Shown: positions 28,790-42,918, counted from the stretch's first letter. The stretch is DNA of 64,000 nucleotides from the human T2T-CHM13v2.0 reference genome, Homo sapiens (GCF_009914755.1 NC_060931.1); one strand, 5' to 3'. The notes: generated from the letters alone by a model not told the origin. Translations and numbers: made by a program.

Positions 28790-29790
28790 TACACTTCTTT
28801 TCCTTTTTTGACTCCTTTTTCTCTTTGCTTTTCAGCTTTCTTTTAACATATTTTTAAGTTCACAGATTCTTTAAGCTCACTAATTCTTTCCACTGATGAG
28901 CACATTCAAGACATCCTTCATTTCTGTTAAAGTGTCTTTGATGTCTAGTATTTCCTTTTCATTTTCAGAATTTCCATCTAGTGTCCTTGTTTTCGCCTCC
29001 CCTGGTTGTCTTTAGGTTTACCCAGAAATTTACTTATAAATAAGGTCTGAGGCTGGCAGTTCTTTCAACTGTAATCCCGTTATTTTTAACGGGAGTCTTG
29101 TTCATGTGGTGATAGGTGGGAAGCTTTCTATATTTCTATGATAAGGTTTCGGTCTTTTTTAAGCCTGTGTTCCTCAGCTTTAACCTTCACAAGTGCTTCT
29201 CAGTGTTTTCCTTTCCTTTTCCTACCCCATTAGGTGAGACAGGAAGCCTAAAGAAAGCTAGAGTTAGGTATTTTCCTTCTTCCAGATCAATTAGATTTTG
29301 ATAAAACTCAAGATGGTTGGAGTCTGGTAAAATTATTTCCCTGGAGTACAGATCTTTTGCCAATGAGAAGAGAGTGCTCTGAGCTTATTTTGAAATTGTT
29401 AAATTATCCTTCCCCTTGCTTGAAGCACGGAAAGGATTCTTCTCCAATTTTATCTCCCTGAGAACCCGGTGGAGTTCCTGAAGGTAAAACTCAGAAAAAT
29501 GTGTAGCCCTCATTAGCCGGGATCCCCGAAAGTTTTTTTCTCTCAAGCTAGTCTGTGTTCAATCCCTAACAATTAGTTGGTTCCTCTTTAGGATCTAGCA
29601 ATTGCTTCTGTGCCCAATAAGGTATAATTTTCCCTTTTCCTGGCTCCCTAGTTTTGAGGGGAGGAGTTTTCCCTTTGACTTCAATGCTCTGACTAATTTA
29701 CCAATAGCTGTTGATTTTCAGTTTGTTCAGGGCCTTTCTTGCTGCAAGTATGGCAGTGATAACTTCCTAGCTCTTTATATTTTAGGCCAG
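28790..29790 (-). mobile_element. Old L1M (L1MC/L1MD-like) 5' region fragment
   Basis: Antisense L1M ORF1/5' UTR-like motifs: aagttcacagattcttt, ctgatgagc...ccttcatttctgtta, gttgattttcagtttgttcag. Boundaries approximate. Confidence 0.6.
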
Positions 29791-30363
29791 CTAACGGCTT
29801 TATAAATGCTACATTAAGGAATGATTCATTGTAAATTTCCATAAAAACTTATACTATTATTTAACCAACCAAATGTTGATTTTAATAGACATAATTCAAT
29901 CAGACATCCAATTTGTTTATCCTATGTCACCTCGCCTGCACACTTACAGATTTTATTGTCCCGTCCTGCTGAGAAATCGAGCTGGTTCTGCTTGACTTCA
30001 CAACACATATCTCAAGTCCTAGTTCAAGTCTTGATTCAAAAAAATTCCTACTTATGGCTTGAGACATAAATGGTGTTCACTAACATATGAATACCATGAT
30101 TGGCAAGAACTGATGACAGATCATTATGAATAATTCGCAGATCTGTTTTTACTGTATTTGGTGAAAGGCAGAATACTCACTGCTGATTGAAATGTTGCCT
30201 TTGCCTTTGAAAACTTATAAAAGAAACAGCCAATTTTTAGCAGCTGGAAAGAAGGCTTACTTTTAGTTTGCATGTTGTTCTCTGAAAATACCTTTTACCT
30301 AATTCAGCAAAAACTGGTGGAAATTTCCAAATCACTGCATACCAAAAATTAAAAATATGACCA

Positions 30364-30734
30364 TGTATTAGTCCATTTTCACACCGCTCTAAAGAACTAC
30401 CTGAGACTGTATAATTTATGAAGAAAAGAGGTTTCATTGAATTCATGGTTCTGCATGTCTGGGAAGGCCTTGAGAAAATTAGCAGTCATTGCGGAAGGCA
30501 AAGGAGGAGCAAGGAACATCTTACATAGTGGCAGGAGAGAGAGAGAGAGTGAGGGGCAAACCGCAAAACACGTTTAAACCATCAGATCTTGTGAGAACTC
30601 ACTCAGTGTCAGAGAACAGCATGGGAAAAACTCCCGCCATGATCCAATCACCTACCACCAGGTCCCTCCTTCAACACGTGGGGATTACAATTTGAGATGA
30701 GATTTGGGTGGGGACACAGAGCCAAAGCATATCA
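30364..30734 (-). mobile_element. MSTA-type MaLR solo LTR
   Basis: tgtattagtccattttcacaccgctctaaagaactacctgagactg...gggacacagagccaaagcatatca. Perfect 5-bp TSD GACCA at 30359-63 and 30735-39. Confidence 0.95.
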
Positions 30735-32411
30735 GACCATAAAACAATTAATGAATGGAGGATTATAAGTAAATATTTTTATAATAAACTCAACCTTAAA
30801 AACTGATCCTGCTGAAAAGAGTTTGTTGTGATATAATTATGGTGAATCAAGAGAGTCAAACTAAAAAAAATTTTGGTGGTAGTTGTTTTAAATTACATAT
30901 TACACAGTAAATGTGACATCATTCACACGGTCAAAACACATTATTTTTACTTTTAAAATATTTTTATCAAAGTCACCACATTTTCCCATAGCCCTTTAAC
31001 TATTTTTTAAACAAAATTACACAAGAGAATTACACTAATCTGCATGAGATCTCACTCAATATGTTTCCTTAGTGGACAAAAAAATGTCTTTGTGGGGAAG
31101 ATAGAAAAGAAAAAATATAAGCTAAAACTTTAAGGGAGGTAGGGACTAATGATGTGTAAAATTTAATACGGCTCAGTACGCCTACTATGCTATATTCCAT
31201 TTGTTAAAGAATGGTAGAAGAAGCAGTTCTCTGGATAATGTGAGTAAGGGTTATTAGCAATAATAATGGTTTGCTAGCCAAAACATTTGCAGATTAAGCA
31301 ACCTCTGCCATGGAGGTTAGTAATATTTCAAAGATATTGCTCAAGAGAGTGGAGTAGGCATTTTATTTTTGTACCAAGAAAACTGGACTCTTTACCAAAG
31401 TGGGTGGCAGCAGAAGTCTTGCTTCTCTCATTTTTCAATTTAATGGGTAGTGAGAATTCTACCTAGTACTGAAAATTGTATGGCATTTCACTCATTCAAT
31501 CATGCAGTGTTCTACAGTTATGCTCAAATCGTCTGCTACTCTGCTCTTGTTAAAAATCACATCAGAAAATGCAACAATCTGTTTTATACCCAGGTCAGTT
31601 TTAAAATAAAAATAACGAATAATGTATGTAAGTTTCTTCATTAAAACCGCATTTTTGCCATTTTTGTAATGAATAAATAAATAGAGCTAAATTGTCAAAA
31701 TGACCATTAGGTTTCCTATATTTGAATTTCCATTTATCAGACAAATGGTTTTAGGCAAAGGCCTTTGAATGTCTCATAAAGAAACCTTAGAATTCCAAGT
31801 GTTCTTGTTAGCCAGTCTAATGGCTAGAAATCCAGGTGTGGACTAGCCACACAGTTGTTATATATTACATATATATAAAATGTTGATAATTCAGGAAGGT
31901 CCCTGAGAAAGAACATCATTCCAAAGTTGAATCCACTGTGCTTGTGGTTTAATAAAAACTGTATAACTTTGAGGGTTGTCTATCACAATTCCTTGAATCA
32001 TGACACCTTTTAATGAGAGCCAGAACCACTCAAATGGTATAATTAATTACATTCCTTTTCAATCACAATTACTATTTAATCTAAGCTCACCCAATGGCAG
32101 CTACTGTCAGAAGTTCCATTAATATATAGCCTTAGTAACACCTTTCAGTATTAATCAACTTGGCTAAAATAACAACATTTCAACTAAGACTTTCACACAG
32201 ATCATACTTAGAAAATATGGGGGGGGTGTCATTTTCCAGACACTATTCCAAAAGTCAGAAGCAAAACTATTTGGGGGAGAGGAAGGTCTATAATGTGGCA
32301 ATAGCTTAACTGAGGTGTAATCCAGAGCACCAAGTAGGATCTAACCCAGAATGGCTGACAGTATCTGAGCCAGAACCACTGTGAATTAGGATCAACTTCC
32401 AACTTAAGACA

Positions 32412-32765
32412 TACTATGGTCTGAATATATGCCCCAAAATTCGTAGGTTGAAACCTAACTCCTAAGGTGATGGTATTAAAACGTGCTGCCTTTCAGAGGT
32501 AACTAGCTCATGGGGGCAGAACCCTTACAATGGGATTAGTGTCCTTACAAAAGAGGCTGAGAGATCTTGTTTATCCTTTCTACCACACGAGAAGTCAACG
32601 AGAAGTCAGCAGTCTGCAACCTGGAAGATAGCCCTCATCAGAACCCAACCATGCTGGTGCCCTGATCTTAGACTTCCTAGTCTTCTGAACTGTGAGATAT
32701 AAATTTCTGTTATTTACAAGCTACCTAATTTATGGTATGTTATTACAGCAGTCTAGACAAACAAA
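32412..32765 (+). mobile_element. MLT1A-type MaLR solo LTR
   Basis: Contains ctatggtctgaat...ccccaaaattcgtaggttgaaacctaac, aatgggattagtgtcctt and gaactgtgagatataaatttctgtt. Confidence 0.88.
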
Positions 32766-33349
32766 TATAGCAAAACGCCAATAACAAAGACTCGCAGAGA
32801 CACAACTCCAGTCAGTTTGAAGGATTGCTCATGAAGATCATCACCATGGTTCATGATACAGCCCTGGAGGGACAAACACAAAAATCACACTTAGGCTTTA
32901 AAGTCGAAGATGCTGATGGTGAAAATGAATATTCCTGTACCACAGAGAATTCCTAGTACATTTGTTCTCAATGTTTGCTACACACTTGAATCACGTATTA
33001 TTGTCTTCATAAAATTGATGGAAAATTATTTGAGGAACAGATGTCAATAAGTTTCTTTTAGTATAAAGTGCTAAGTTTCTCCAAATAGGTCTTAGATAAG
33101 CTGATATTAAACCCTCTTTTCTTTGCTCTTTCATTTTTTCTACCTAAAAAGAGAGTCTGGCAGGCATAAATGTTTCTTTTCCTCTTCCCTTCCATGTCTG
33201 GCCTTACATCTAGGATAGTAAGCGTGTTTCAACCTGAAAAGGGAAAGGAGAATAGTAGCCTGACAGATAGGTCAATCAAGAGCATCTGGTTTCCATCCTT
33301 AAAATATCTATTTGTATATAAAAATTAAAGGCTTTTATTTTTTTTTTAA

Positions 33350-33497
33350 AGTGTGGTCCTCAACTAGGAGCTTCAGGATCACCTGAGACTATTTTAGAAA
33401 TGCAAACCTAAATAATTCCGGAGGGAGGGCATGGGAATTTGCATTTTAACAAACCTTCCAGATAATTCTGATGCATGCCAAAGTTTGAAAACCATTA
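33350..33497. mobile_element. MER5A-like hAT-Charlie MITE
   Basis: aaagtgtggtcc...atcacctgagact...ttagaaatgcaaa...gcattttaacaa...gataattctgatgcatgccaaagtttgaaaaccat. Confidence 0.8.
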
Positions 33498-33524
33498 GTC
33501 ATTCTTCTGATTAAGAGTTCAAGT

Positions 33525-33724
33525 GAAGTTGTGATACATGGATATATTATGTAGTGGTGAATTCTGGGCTTTTAGTGCACCCATCACCTGAATTATGTAC
33601 ACTGTACTCAAAAGTATTTCATCCCTCCCCTCATTTTTACCTTCTTGAGTCTTCAGTGTCTGTTATTCCATTCTATGTGTCCATGTATACTCATTGTTTA
33701 GCTTCTACTTATAAGTGAAACATG
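33525..33724 (-). mobile_element. L1PB-like 3' UTR fragment
   Basis: tacatggatatattatgtagtggtgaattctgggcttttagtgcacccatcacctgaat...cattgtttagcttctacttataagtga. Confidence 0.8.
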
Positions 33725-35399
33725 AAAGAAACATTAATCTTTACAATCATTTATGTAAACTATTCATCATGTTTTCCTGAATTGGTAGGCAGCCCTATAA
33801 TAACATATAGATGGTTAAAATTTCCAGATTCAATTGTTAGGTCAAAGCTTTTATTTGAATAGTAACTCTGCCCATGCTTGTCTGCATATTTTATTTATAG
33901 TTTTAAAGTCAGAGGGAAGTGAATCATATAAGCAAGATGGAATACTAGTAAGTCACAACAGCCATCCCTCCCACAAAAACAATAAACAACTATATAATGA
34001 CAAATATAGCTCTGTGATGGCTTGGAATATGGTAAAGAAACTGCTGAAGCCCTTTGGAGCACAAAAACTGAAGGTGACTGCATAGAAAAGTGTACAAAAC
34101 ACTTTTATCTGTGCCACCTCATAGCTCCATCCAGCACAGCTCAGCACCAAGGGGGATTCCTTTGATTTGTCTTCCCCTCAACCCCCCACCACAGATGAAA
34201 AGTAGAGCAGGAGAGCCACAGAACCCTTGAAACTGTCATGGACTCCCACAGATTTTGCCACTGGGGATTACCAGTCTTCACTGACAAACTGAGCCTAGCT
34301 GATGACCTGTCTGTGCTGCTGCACCCCACTGGGGCTGAAGCCTGCTGAATACTGCTTCCCCCTTCAGGAACAGAGTCTCTGCTGTACATTGCCCTCCCAT
34401 CAGAGTCAGAGCCACCACGGTAATCCATCCCCACTCTCTAAAGACAGAGCTACCAACCTCTTCCCCAAAACTACATGCATGTCCCAGACCCCAGCTCTAT
34501 GCCCACTCTATGTACACCCACACCTTGGACAGAAATGTTACTAACTCAGTGAATGTACCCATAAGCCAGACCCAGCACCTTGGGAAATCTACTTGGCCAT
34601 GACATCCCACCCTGGGGAACAAAGAAATCAGGAGGACCACAGCAGTCTTTGCCACTGAGGACCCCAGGAGCTCTCACCACCACCATGGACACCTGCAGAC
34701 TTGGCCACCAAGGACCCCTACAGTTCTTACCAATGCTGACCTCAGCTGATGGAGCTCCACAGAGACAATGACTCAGCACTGTCTCTACAGCCAGAGCTAC
34801 CGTTGTGCCCCCATTTGCTGCCATAACCCATCCAGCTGGCACTCTAACACCCATGTGTAGGTAAAGGTCTTTCCATAATGACACCAGTGTATAAAGTCTG
34901 GAAGAGGTGAATGTTCTTTCAAATGTACAGATATCATTGCAAGGCTAAAATAAAAATTTTTTAAATCAAAAAAACATGACACCTATGGAACACATAATTT
35001 TCAACTAAATAATCCCCCAAAAATGGAGACCTAAGAATCTCCTGATAAAGAATTCAAAATAATTATTTTAAGGTTTCTCAGTGAGCTACAAGAGAACACA
35101 GATAGCTCAATGAAATGAGAAAAATAATATATAAACAAAACAAAAGCCTCAATAAAGACTTGAAAATTACAAAAAAGAACCAATCAGAAATTCTGGAGCT
35201 GAAGTTTACAATGAATAATATGAAAAAGTGCCATAGACAGTTTCAACAGTAGACTCAATCAAGCAGAAGAAAACAATCTGCAAACTCAAAGACAAGTCAT
35301 ATGAAATCACCCAGTCAGAGGAGAACAAAGAGAAAAGAATGAAAGAGTGAAAAAAGCCTATGGGACTTAGGGACACTATCAAGTGAATAAATATATTCA

Positions 35400-35790
<391 letters not shown>

Positions 35791-36343
35791 AGAAATGATT
35801 ATGGAAAACTTCCCAAATCTGGTGAGGGAAATGAACATTCATATTCATGATGCCCAAGGAACCCCAAACAGGCTGAGTATCATGAGGTCTTCACCCAAAT
35901 ATCATAATCAAATTGTCTAAAGTCAAGGACAAACAGAATTTTAAAAGAGGAGGAGAAAGCGATTTGACATTTATAAGGGAGCCCTCATAAGACTATCAGC
36001 AGATTTCTTAGCTGAAACCTGATAGGCCAGGAGAGAGTAAGATTATACATTCAAAGTACTGAAAGAAAAAAATAACTGCCAACCTAGAACACTATATTCA
36101 GCAATATTATCATTTAAAAATTAAAAAGAGATAAACTCTTTCCCAGACAAACGAAAACTGTCACCACTAGGTCTGTCTTACAATAAATGATTAGAAGAGT
36201 TCTACAAATTTAAACAAAAATGCTCTAAAAATAATATAAGAGCATAAATCTCACAAGCAAAGGTAGATATATAAACATATATGGATTAATGTAACTCTAC
36301 AAAGGTGTGTAAATTACTTTTAATCCTTATATAAAAGGTAATA

Positions 36344-36889
36344 CAGTAGTCTCCCTTTATCTGCAGTTTTGCTATCCATGGTTTCAGTTACCCACAGTCA
36401 ATCACAGTCTGAATATACTAAATGGGAAATTCCGGAAATACACAATTCATAAATTTTAATTTGCATGCTCTTCTGTTTAGCATGATGAAATCACACACCA
36501 TCCTACTCCATATTGCCCAAAATGTAAATCATCCATTTGATTAGTGTATCCATGCCATATAGGCTACCTGTCCATTAGTCATTTATTAGCTGCCTTGATA
36601 ATCAGATTAATAGATCACAAGAAGAAGAAAGGTGGGTATAGTATAATAAAATATTTTGAGAAAGAGAGAAATAGACCACATTCACATAACTTTTTGTAGC
36701 ATATCATTATAAATGCTGTACTTTATTATTAGTTATTGTTGTTAATCATTTACTGTGTCTAATTTATAAACTTTATTATAGTTATATATGTATAGGAAAA
36801 ACATAGTATATATAGAGTTCAGAACTATTCATCGTTTCAGGCATCTACTATAGGTCTTGGAACATATCTCCAACAGATAAGGGGGTACA
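36344..36889 (+). mobile_element. MER44-type (Tigger7-derived) TcMar DNA transposon
   Basis: The TIR cagtagtctccctttatc is preceded by TA. Internal tttcagttacccacagtcaatcacagtctgaa. The decayed right TIR is gataagggggtac. Confidence 0.88.
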
Positions 36890-37568
36890 TAGATAAAAAT
36901 TTGTTAATGGATATGCAATATAAAAGAAAGCAATCCCTGCCTTTAAGAACACAAAGTGTTGGGGGTTTGGGGAGTATAAGAGGAGTGTTTTTGTATGCAA
37001 CTGAATCGTTTTCAACTCAAAATAGAAGACTACAACTACCAGATATTTTATACAAGCCTCAAGCTAACCAAAAACCTGTAATAGGTATACAAAGGATAAA
37101 GAGAAAAGAAAAACAGTAAAACGCATAAATACATACATACACACACACGCACGCACACACACACACAATAACAAAGGAAGGAGACAAAAGCAGAAGAGAG
37201 GAATGAAGCAACTGCAAAAAAACAAAATCCAAAAAACAAAACCCCAAACAATTAACAAAATGGCAAATAATTACCTTAAATATAAATGGATTAAACTCAC
37301 CAATCAAAAAGTATACAATAGCTGAATGGATGGAAAAAAAAAGAGGATCAAGTTACTTTCTGTCTACAAGAGTCTTACTTTAGAATCAAAGACATACAAA
37401 GGCTAAAAGTGAAAGGATTGAAAAGGTATTTCCTGTAAATGGTAACTAAAAGAAAGAAGGCATGGATAGACTTTAAGTCTAATTCTGTCTCCAGAGACAA
37501 AGAAGGTCATTATACAATAATAAAAGGATCAATCCAACAGAGAGATATAACAAATGTAAATGTACCCA

Positions 37569-37844
<276 letters not shown>

Positions 37845-39642
37845 GTAAATATAAATGAACCCAATATCATCATTTAAATATATAATGCAAACACTGAGGA
37901 GAAACAAACAATAATATAATATTATTTGAGATTTCAATATCCCACTTTCGATAACGAACACAACGTCCAGACAGAAAGTGAATAAATATATGACTTGAAT
38001 AATAATACATACCAAATAACACAACTTCTAACCCAGCAGCAAAATACGCATTCTTCTCAAGTGCACATGGAACATTCTCCAGGATAGATCATATGTTAGG
38101 TCACAAAACATGCCTCAATACATTTAAGAAGATCAAAATCATTACAGGTGTCTTTTCTAACCATGATGTAATGAAACTAGAATTTAAAAACAGGAAGAAA
38201 TTGGAAAAATTCACAAAAATGTAGGAACTAAACAACACACCATTGGGTCAAAGTGGAAACTGAAGAAAATTTAAAAGTATCTCAAAACCTGAATAATAAA
38301 ACACAACTTACCAAAACTTGTGAGATACAGCAAAAGCAGTAATAACAGACTATGTTATAATGATAAACACCTACATTAAAAATAGGAAAGACCACAAATA
38401 AACAATTTTATACTTTAAATAATCAGTGGAGAAAAAGAACAAACTAAACCCTAAATTAACATAATAAAAATTAATAAAGATTAGCAGAAGCAAATCAGAG
38501 AACAAAAAAATGGGAAAATATAGCAAAACTAAGGATTGGGTTTTTCAAAGATAAATAAAATCAATAAACCCTTAGACTAGACTATGAAAAAAAGAGAAAA
38601 GACTCAAATAAATAAAATCAGATTTGAAAAAGGAGACATTACAATGGATACCTCAGGAATAAACAAAGATCAAAAAGAACTGTAAATGACAATTATACAC
38701 TAACAAACTAAAACAACCTAAAATGAATGGATAAATCCTTAGAAACTTACAAGCTACAAAAATTGAATCAGGAAGAAACAAAGTCTGAGAGGCCAATAAC
38801 AAATAAGGAGATTGAATCGGTAAAAAAATCTTCCAATAAGGAAAGCCCCAGGATCTTATGGCCTCATGTTTGAATTCTATCAAACATTCAAAAAAGAACT
38901 GAAACTAATCCTTTTTAATCTCTTCCAAAAATAATTCTTCCAAACTCATTTTATGGGGCCATCATCACTCTGATAACATAACCATGCAAATCCTACAAGA
39001 AAAGTAGAAGTCCATATCCCTGATGCACATAGACTTAAAAATCCTTATTTTTAAGGATTTTATATTTATATTAAGGATTTAAGGATTAAATATTTATAAA
39101 TATAAATATATATTATATTTACATTTATATTATATTGCTATTTATATTAAGGATTTAAGGATTTTAATAACATACTAGCAAACCAAATTAAAAGCCCATT
39201 AAAGGATCATATGCCATGACAAGTGGGAATTTTTCTAGAGATTCAAGGATGATTCAATATAAGCAAATTAATCAGCATTATACAACAGTTTACCAAAATA
39301 AAAAGAAAAGCATTCATGGTCATCTCAACAGACTGAGAAAATGCATTTGGCAAAGTTCAACACCCATTTGTAATTGAAGCTTTCAACAAAATAGGTAGAG
39401 AAATAATGCAGCTTAATATAAGAAACATATATGAAAAGCCTGAAGCTAACATCATAAGCAATGGGGAAAACCTGAAAGATTGCCCTCTAAGATCTGGTAT
39501 AAGGCAAGAATGCCCACTCTCACAACTTCTTTTCAACATAGTTCTAGAAGTCTTAGCCAGAGAAATTAGACAAGCAAAAGAAATAGAGGGCATCCAAATT
39601 GGAAATAAATAGGCAAAATTATCTCTGTTTGCAGATGGCATA

Positions 39643-39646
<4 letters not shown>

Positions 39647-39688
<42 letters not shown>
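39647..39688. repeat. Uninterrupted (TA)21 microsatellite within L1 RT region
   Basis: Direct reading. Confidence 0.95.
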
Positions 39689-39689
<1 letters not shown>

Positions 39690-41489
39690 CTCTAAAGGCT
39701 CCAGAATAAAACTGTTAGAAATAATCATCAAATTCAGTGAAGTTTAATACATGGTGTATAGGGAAGTTTAATGTATTTAGGTAATTCATTATTAGTGTAT
39801 AGATATGAAACTGATTATTGTATAATGAGATTAATATATAATAATCAGTTTCATTTCTATACACTAATAATGAATTATCCAAAAAAATTAAGGAAATAAT
39901 CTTATTCACAGTAGAAACAAAATAATAAGATATTCAAGTGTAAATGTAGCCAACAAAGTGAAAGACTTCTAAACTGAAATTTATGAAACATTGATAAAAG
40001 AAATTGAAAAAGGCACATATAAATGGAAAGAAGTCCCTTGTTCCATGGGATTTGAAGAATTAATACTATCAACATGGCTGTACTACCCATAGTTATGGAC
40101 ATATTCATTACAATCCCTGTCAAAATCCTAATGGCATTCTTTATGTATAGAAATACAGAAAAACAGTCCTAAAATTCATGTAGAAGCACAAAAGACACCA
40201 TGTAGCCAAAACAATTGAACAGTAAGAACAATGCTAGAGGCATCACACTTTCTGATTTCCAACTGTACTACAAAGCTATAGTAATCAATATAGTATGGTA
40301 TTAGCATAAAACACACATGAAGACCCGTGGAATAGAATACAGACCAGAAATAAATCAACACATTTATGGTCAACCAATTTTCAACAGGAGTGCCAAGAAC
40401 AGAAAATGGAGAAAGGATAATTTCTTCAATAAATGATGTTGGAAAATCTGGATATTCAAACACAACCAATAAAATTGGACCATTATCTCACACCATATAC
40501 AAAAATAAACTCAAAATAGTAAACTTAAAAAGTAAGACCTGAAAATATAAACTATTAGAAGAAAACTTAGGAAAAAGCTTTTTTGTTTAGGCAAATCATA
40601 AATTTGGGCAATGATATTATTTTGAAATGATTCCCAAAGTACAGAACTTTGGGTATCATTTTACAAAAGCAAAACTAGACAAATGGAATTCCTTCCAATG
40701 AAAGGCTTCTGCACAGTAAAAGAAACAATCAACAGCATGTAAAGGCAATCTATGGAATGGAGAAAATATTTGCAAACTGTACATATATTGGAAAGGGGTT
40801 AATATCCAATATATATCCAAAGGAAATGAGAGTAGTATGTTGAAGACGTATCTCACTCCTATGTTTACTGAAATATTCACGATAGCCAAGACATGAAATC
40901 AATCTGTGTCTATCATCAGATAAATGAATAAAAAATATATTATGTATATATATACATACAATAGAATACTGAATATTAGAATATTTTTCAGCCTTATGAA
41001 AAGAAGGAAAACCTGTAATTTGCAACATGAATGAACCTGAAGGACATTGTGCTAAGTGAAATAAGCCAGGCACTAAAGGACAGATACTGCATGATCCAAA
41101 ACAGTCAAACAAATAGAGACAGAGAGTAGAATTGTAGTTGCCAAGAGCTGAGGATAGGGGGCAGAATGGGGAGATGATGGTTAAAAGGCATAGTTTCAGT
41201 TACACAGGAGGAATAAGATCTGAAGATTTATTGTACAGCATGATAACTATAGTTAATAAAAATGTATTTTATACTTGAAATTTGCTCAGAGAGTAGAACT
41301 GAGCTGTTCTAACCAAATACACAAAAAAAGTTAACTATGAGATGATGGAAATGTTAACTAACTTGATTGTGGCAACCATTTCGAATGTATATGAGCATCA
41401 AAATATCATTTTGTACACTGTAAAAATATATGATTTATACTTGTCAAGTACACTTCAATAAACCTGGGAGGGGGAAGTAAACAAAACGA

Positions 41490-42485
41490 AACCAAACTCA
41501 TACAAATCAATAGCTAAAAAACAACCCGGCCAAAAAATGGGCAAGAGACCTAAATAGAGATTTCTCAAAAGAAGCATACAAATGGCAGGTACCTACAAGT
41601 ATATGAGAAGGTATCACTAATTATCAGGGATAACCAATCAAAATGTCAATGAGATATCACCTCACATCTGTTAGAGTGGCTATAATCAGAGAGATCTGGA
41701 AGAAAGGGAACCCTTGGGTAATGTTGCTGGGAATGTACAAACATGATGGAAAACAGTATGTGGGTTTCTAAAAAAATTAAAAATAGAACTACCCTATGAC
41801 CCAGAAGTCTCACTTCTAGGACTATATAAAAACAAAACTAAATCAAGATTTTCAAGAGATCTGCACCCCCATATTCATTGCAGCTCTATTCACCATAGCC
41901 AATATGTGCAAACAACCTGTGTCCATCAACAGGTGACTGAATAAAGAAAATGTAGTATAAATACATAATGGAATGTTGCACAGCTTTTATGAATATTTTT
42001 TTCTGAATATTATTCCACATTGCAAAAAAATATAAAAACCAGTTATTTGTAACAACGTGGATAAACCATGTATAAATAATCCAGTCACAGAAAAACAAAT
42101 GCTTCATGATCTCCTATGTGGGATCTAAAAGAATCAAACTCATAGAAGCAGAAAGAAGAGTGTTTGCTAGGAACTGGATAGATGGGGAAACAGCAAGATC
42201 CTGTTAAGGAGTATAAAGTTTCAGTGTAACAAGAATAAGTTATGGAGATTTAATGTATACCAATGTGACTATAATAAACAACTTACTGTATAATTGAAAT
42301 TTGCTAAGAGGTTAGCTCTTAAGTGTTCTCACAACAAAAAGAAACAAAAATGATAACTCAAGAAATGGCTATGTTAATTATCTTGGCTGTTGCACTTATG
42401 TCACAATGAATATGTATATCAAATCATCAAATTGTACTTCTTAAATATATACAATTTTCAATTGTCAAATATACTTCAATAGAAA
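41490..42485 (+). mobile_element. Second 5'-truncated LINE-1 3' end (L1MA/L1MB-like) in tandem with the long L1
   Basis: Contains aaaaaatgggcaagagacctaaataga, aatgagatatcacctcacatctgttag and aaaatagaactaccctatgacccag. Ends aattgtcaaatatacttcaatag. Confidence 0.9.
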
Positions 42486-42918
42486 CATTTTTTTCTAGAG
42501 GAAACATTTGTTATGACTTTCAGTAAGAAAAATCTGTTAAGGACTTTAAAAATAGCATTCCCAGAAGTTTTCTGGTTGAGAGACTGGCCTATGATTTTCT
42601 AGGACATCACTTTTTTGTCTGTTCTCTTGTGAATAATTTGGAGAACAATGGGTCACTGGAGGAAAGACTCTTCGAACCCAACACCTGATGCAGCCTTTGG
42701 CTCCTCCTACATCTTGAAGCATGACTTTTGATAATTTTATGAACTTCAATTTTCACATCTATTAAGTGAAAATAATCAAAAGAATGAAATATAATGAAAA
42801 TCAAAATACCTTTCAGGGAAAGAGCTGAAAGAAACTCATTTAATTGGAGAAAAAAATTCTACCAAAAATAAATTTGCACATTTAATTTGCTCTGGATATT
42901 GCTGTCCTAAACTATTCT

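Noticed and set aside
41960-42025. Possible fourth fold-back insertion in the second L1 (ctgaatattattccacattg)
   Set aside because: It resembles an inverted copy of the L1 motif caatggaatactattcag, but the match to the adjacent arm is too degenerate to support by eye.
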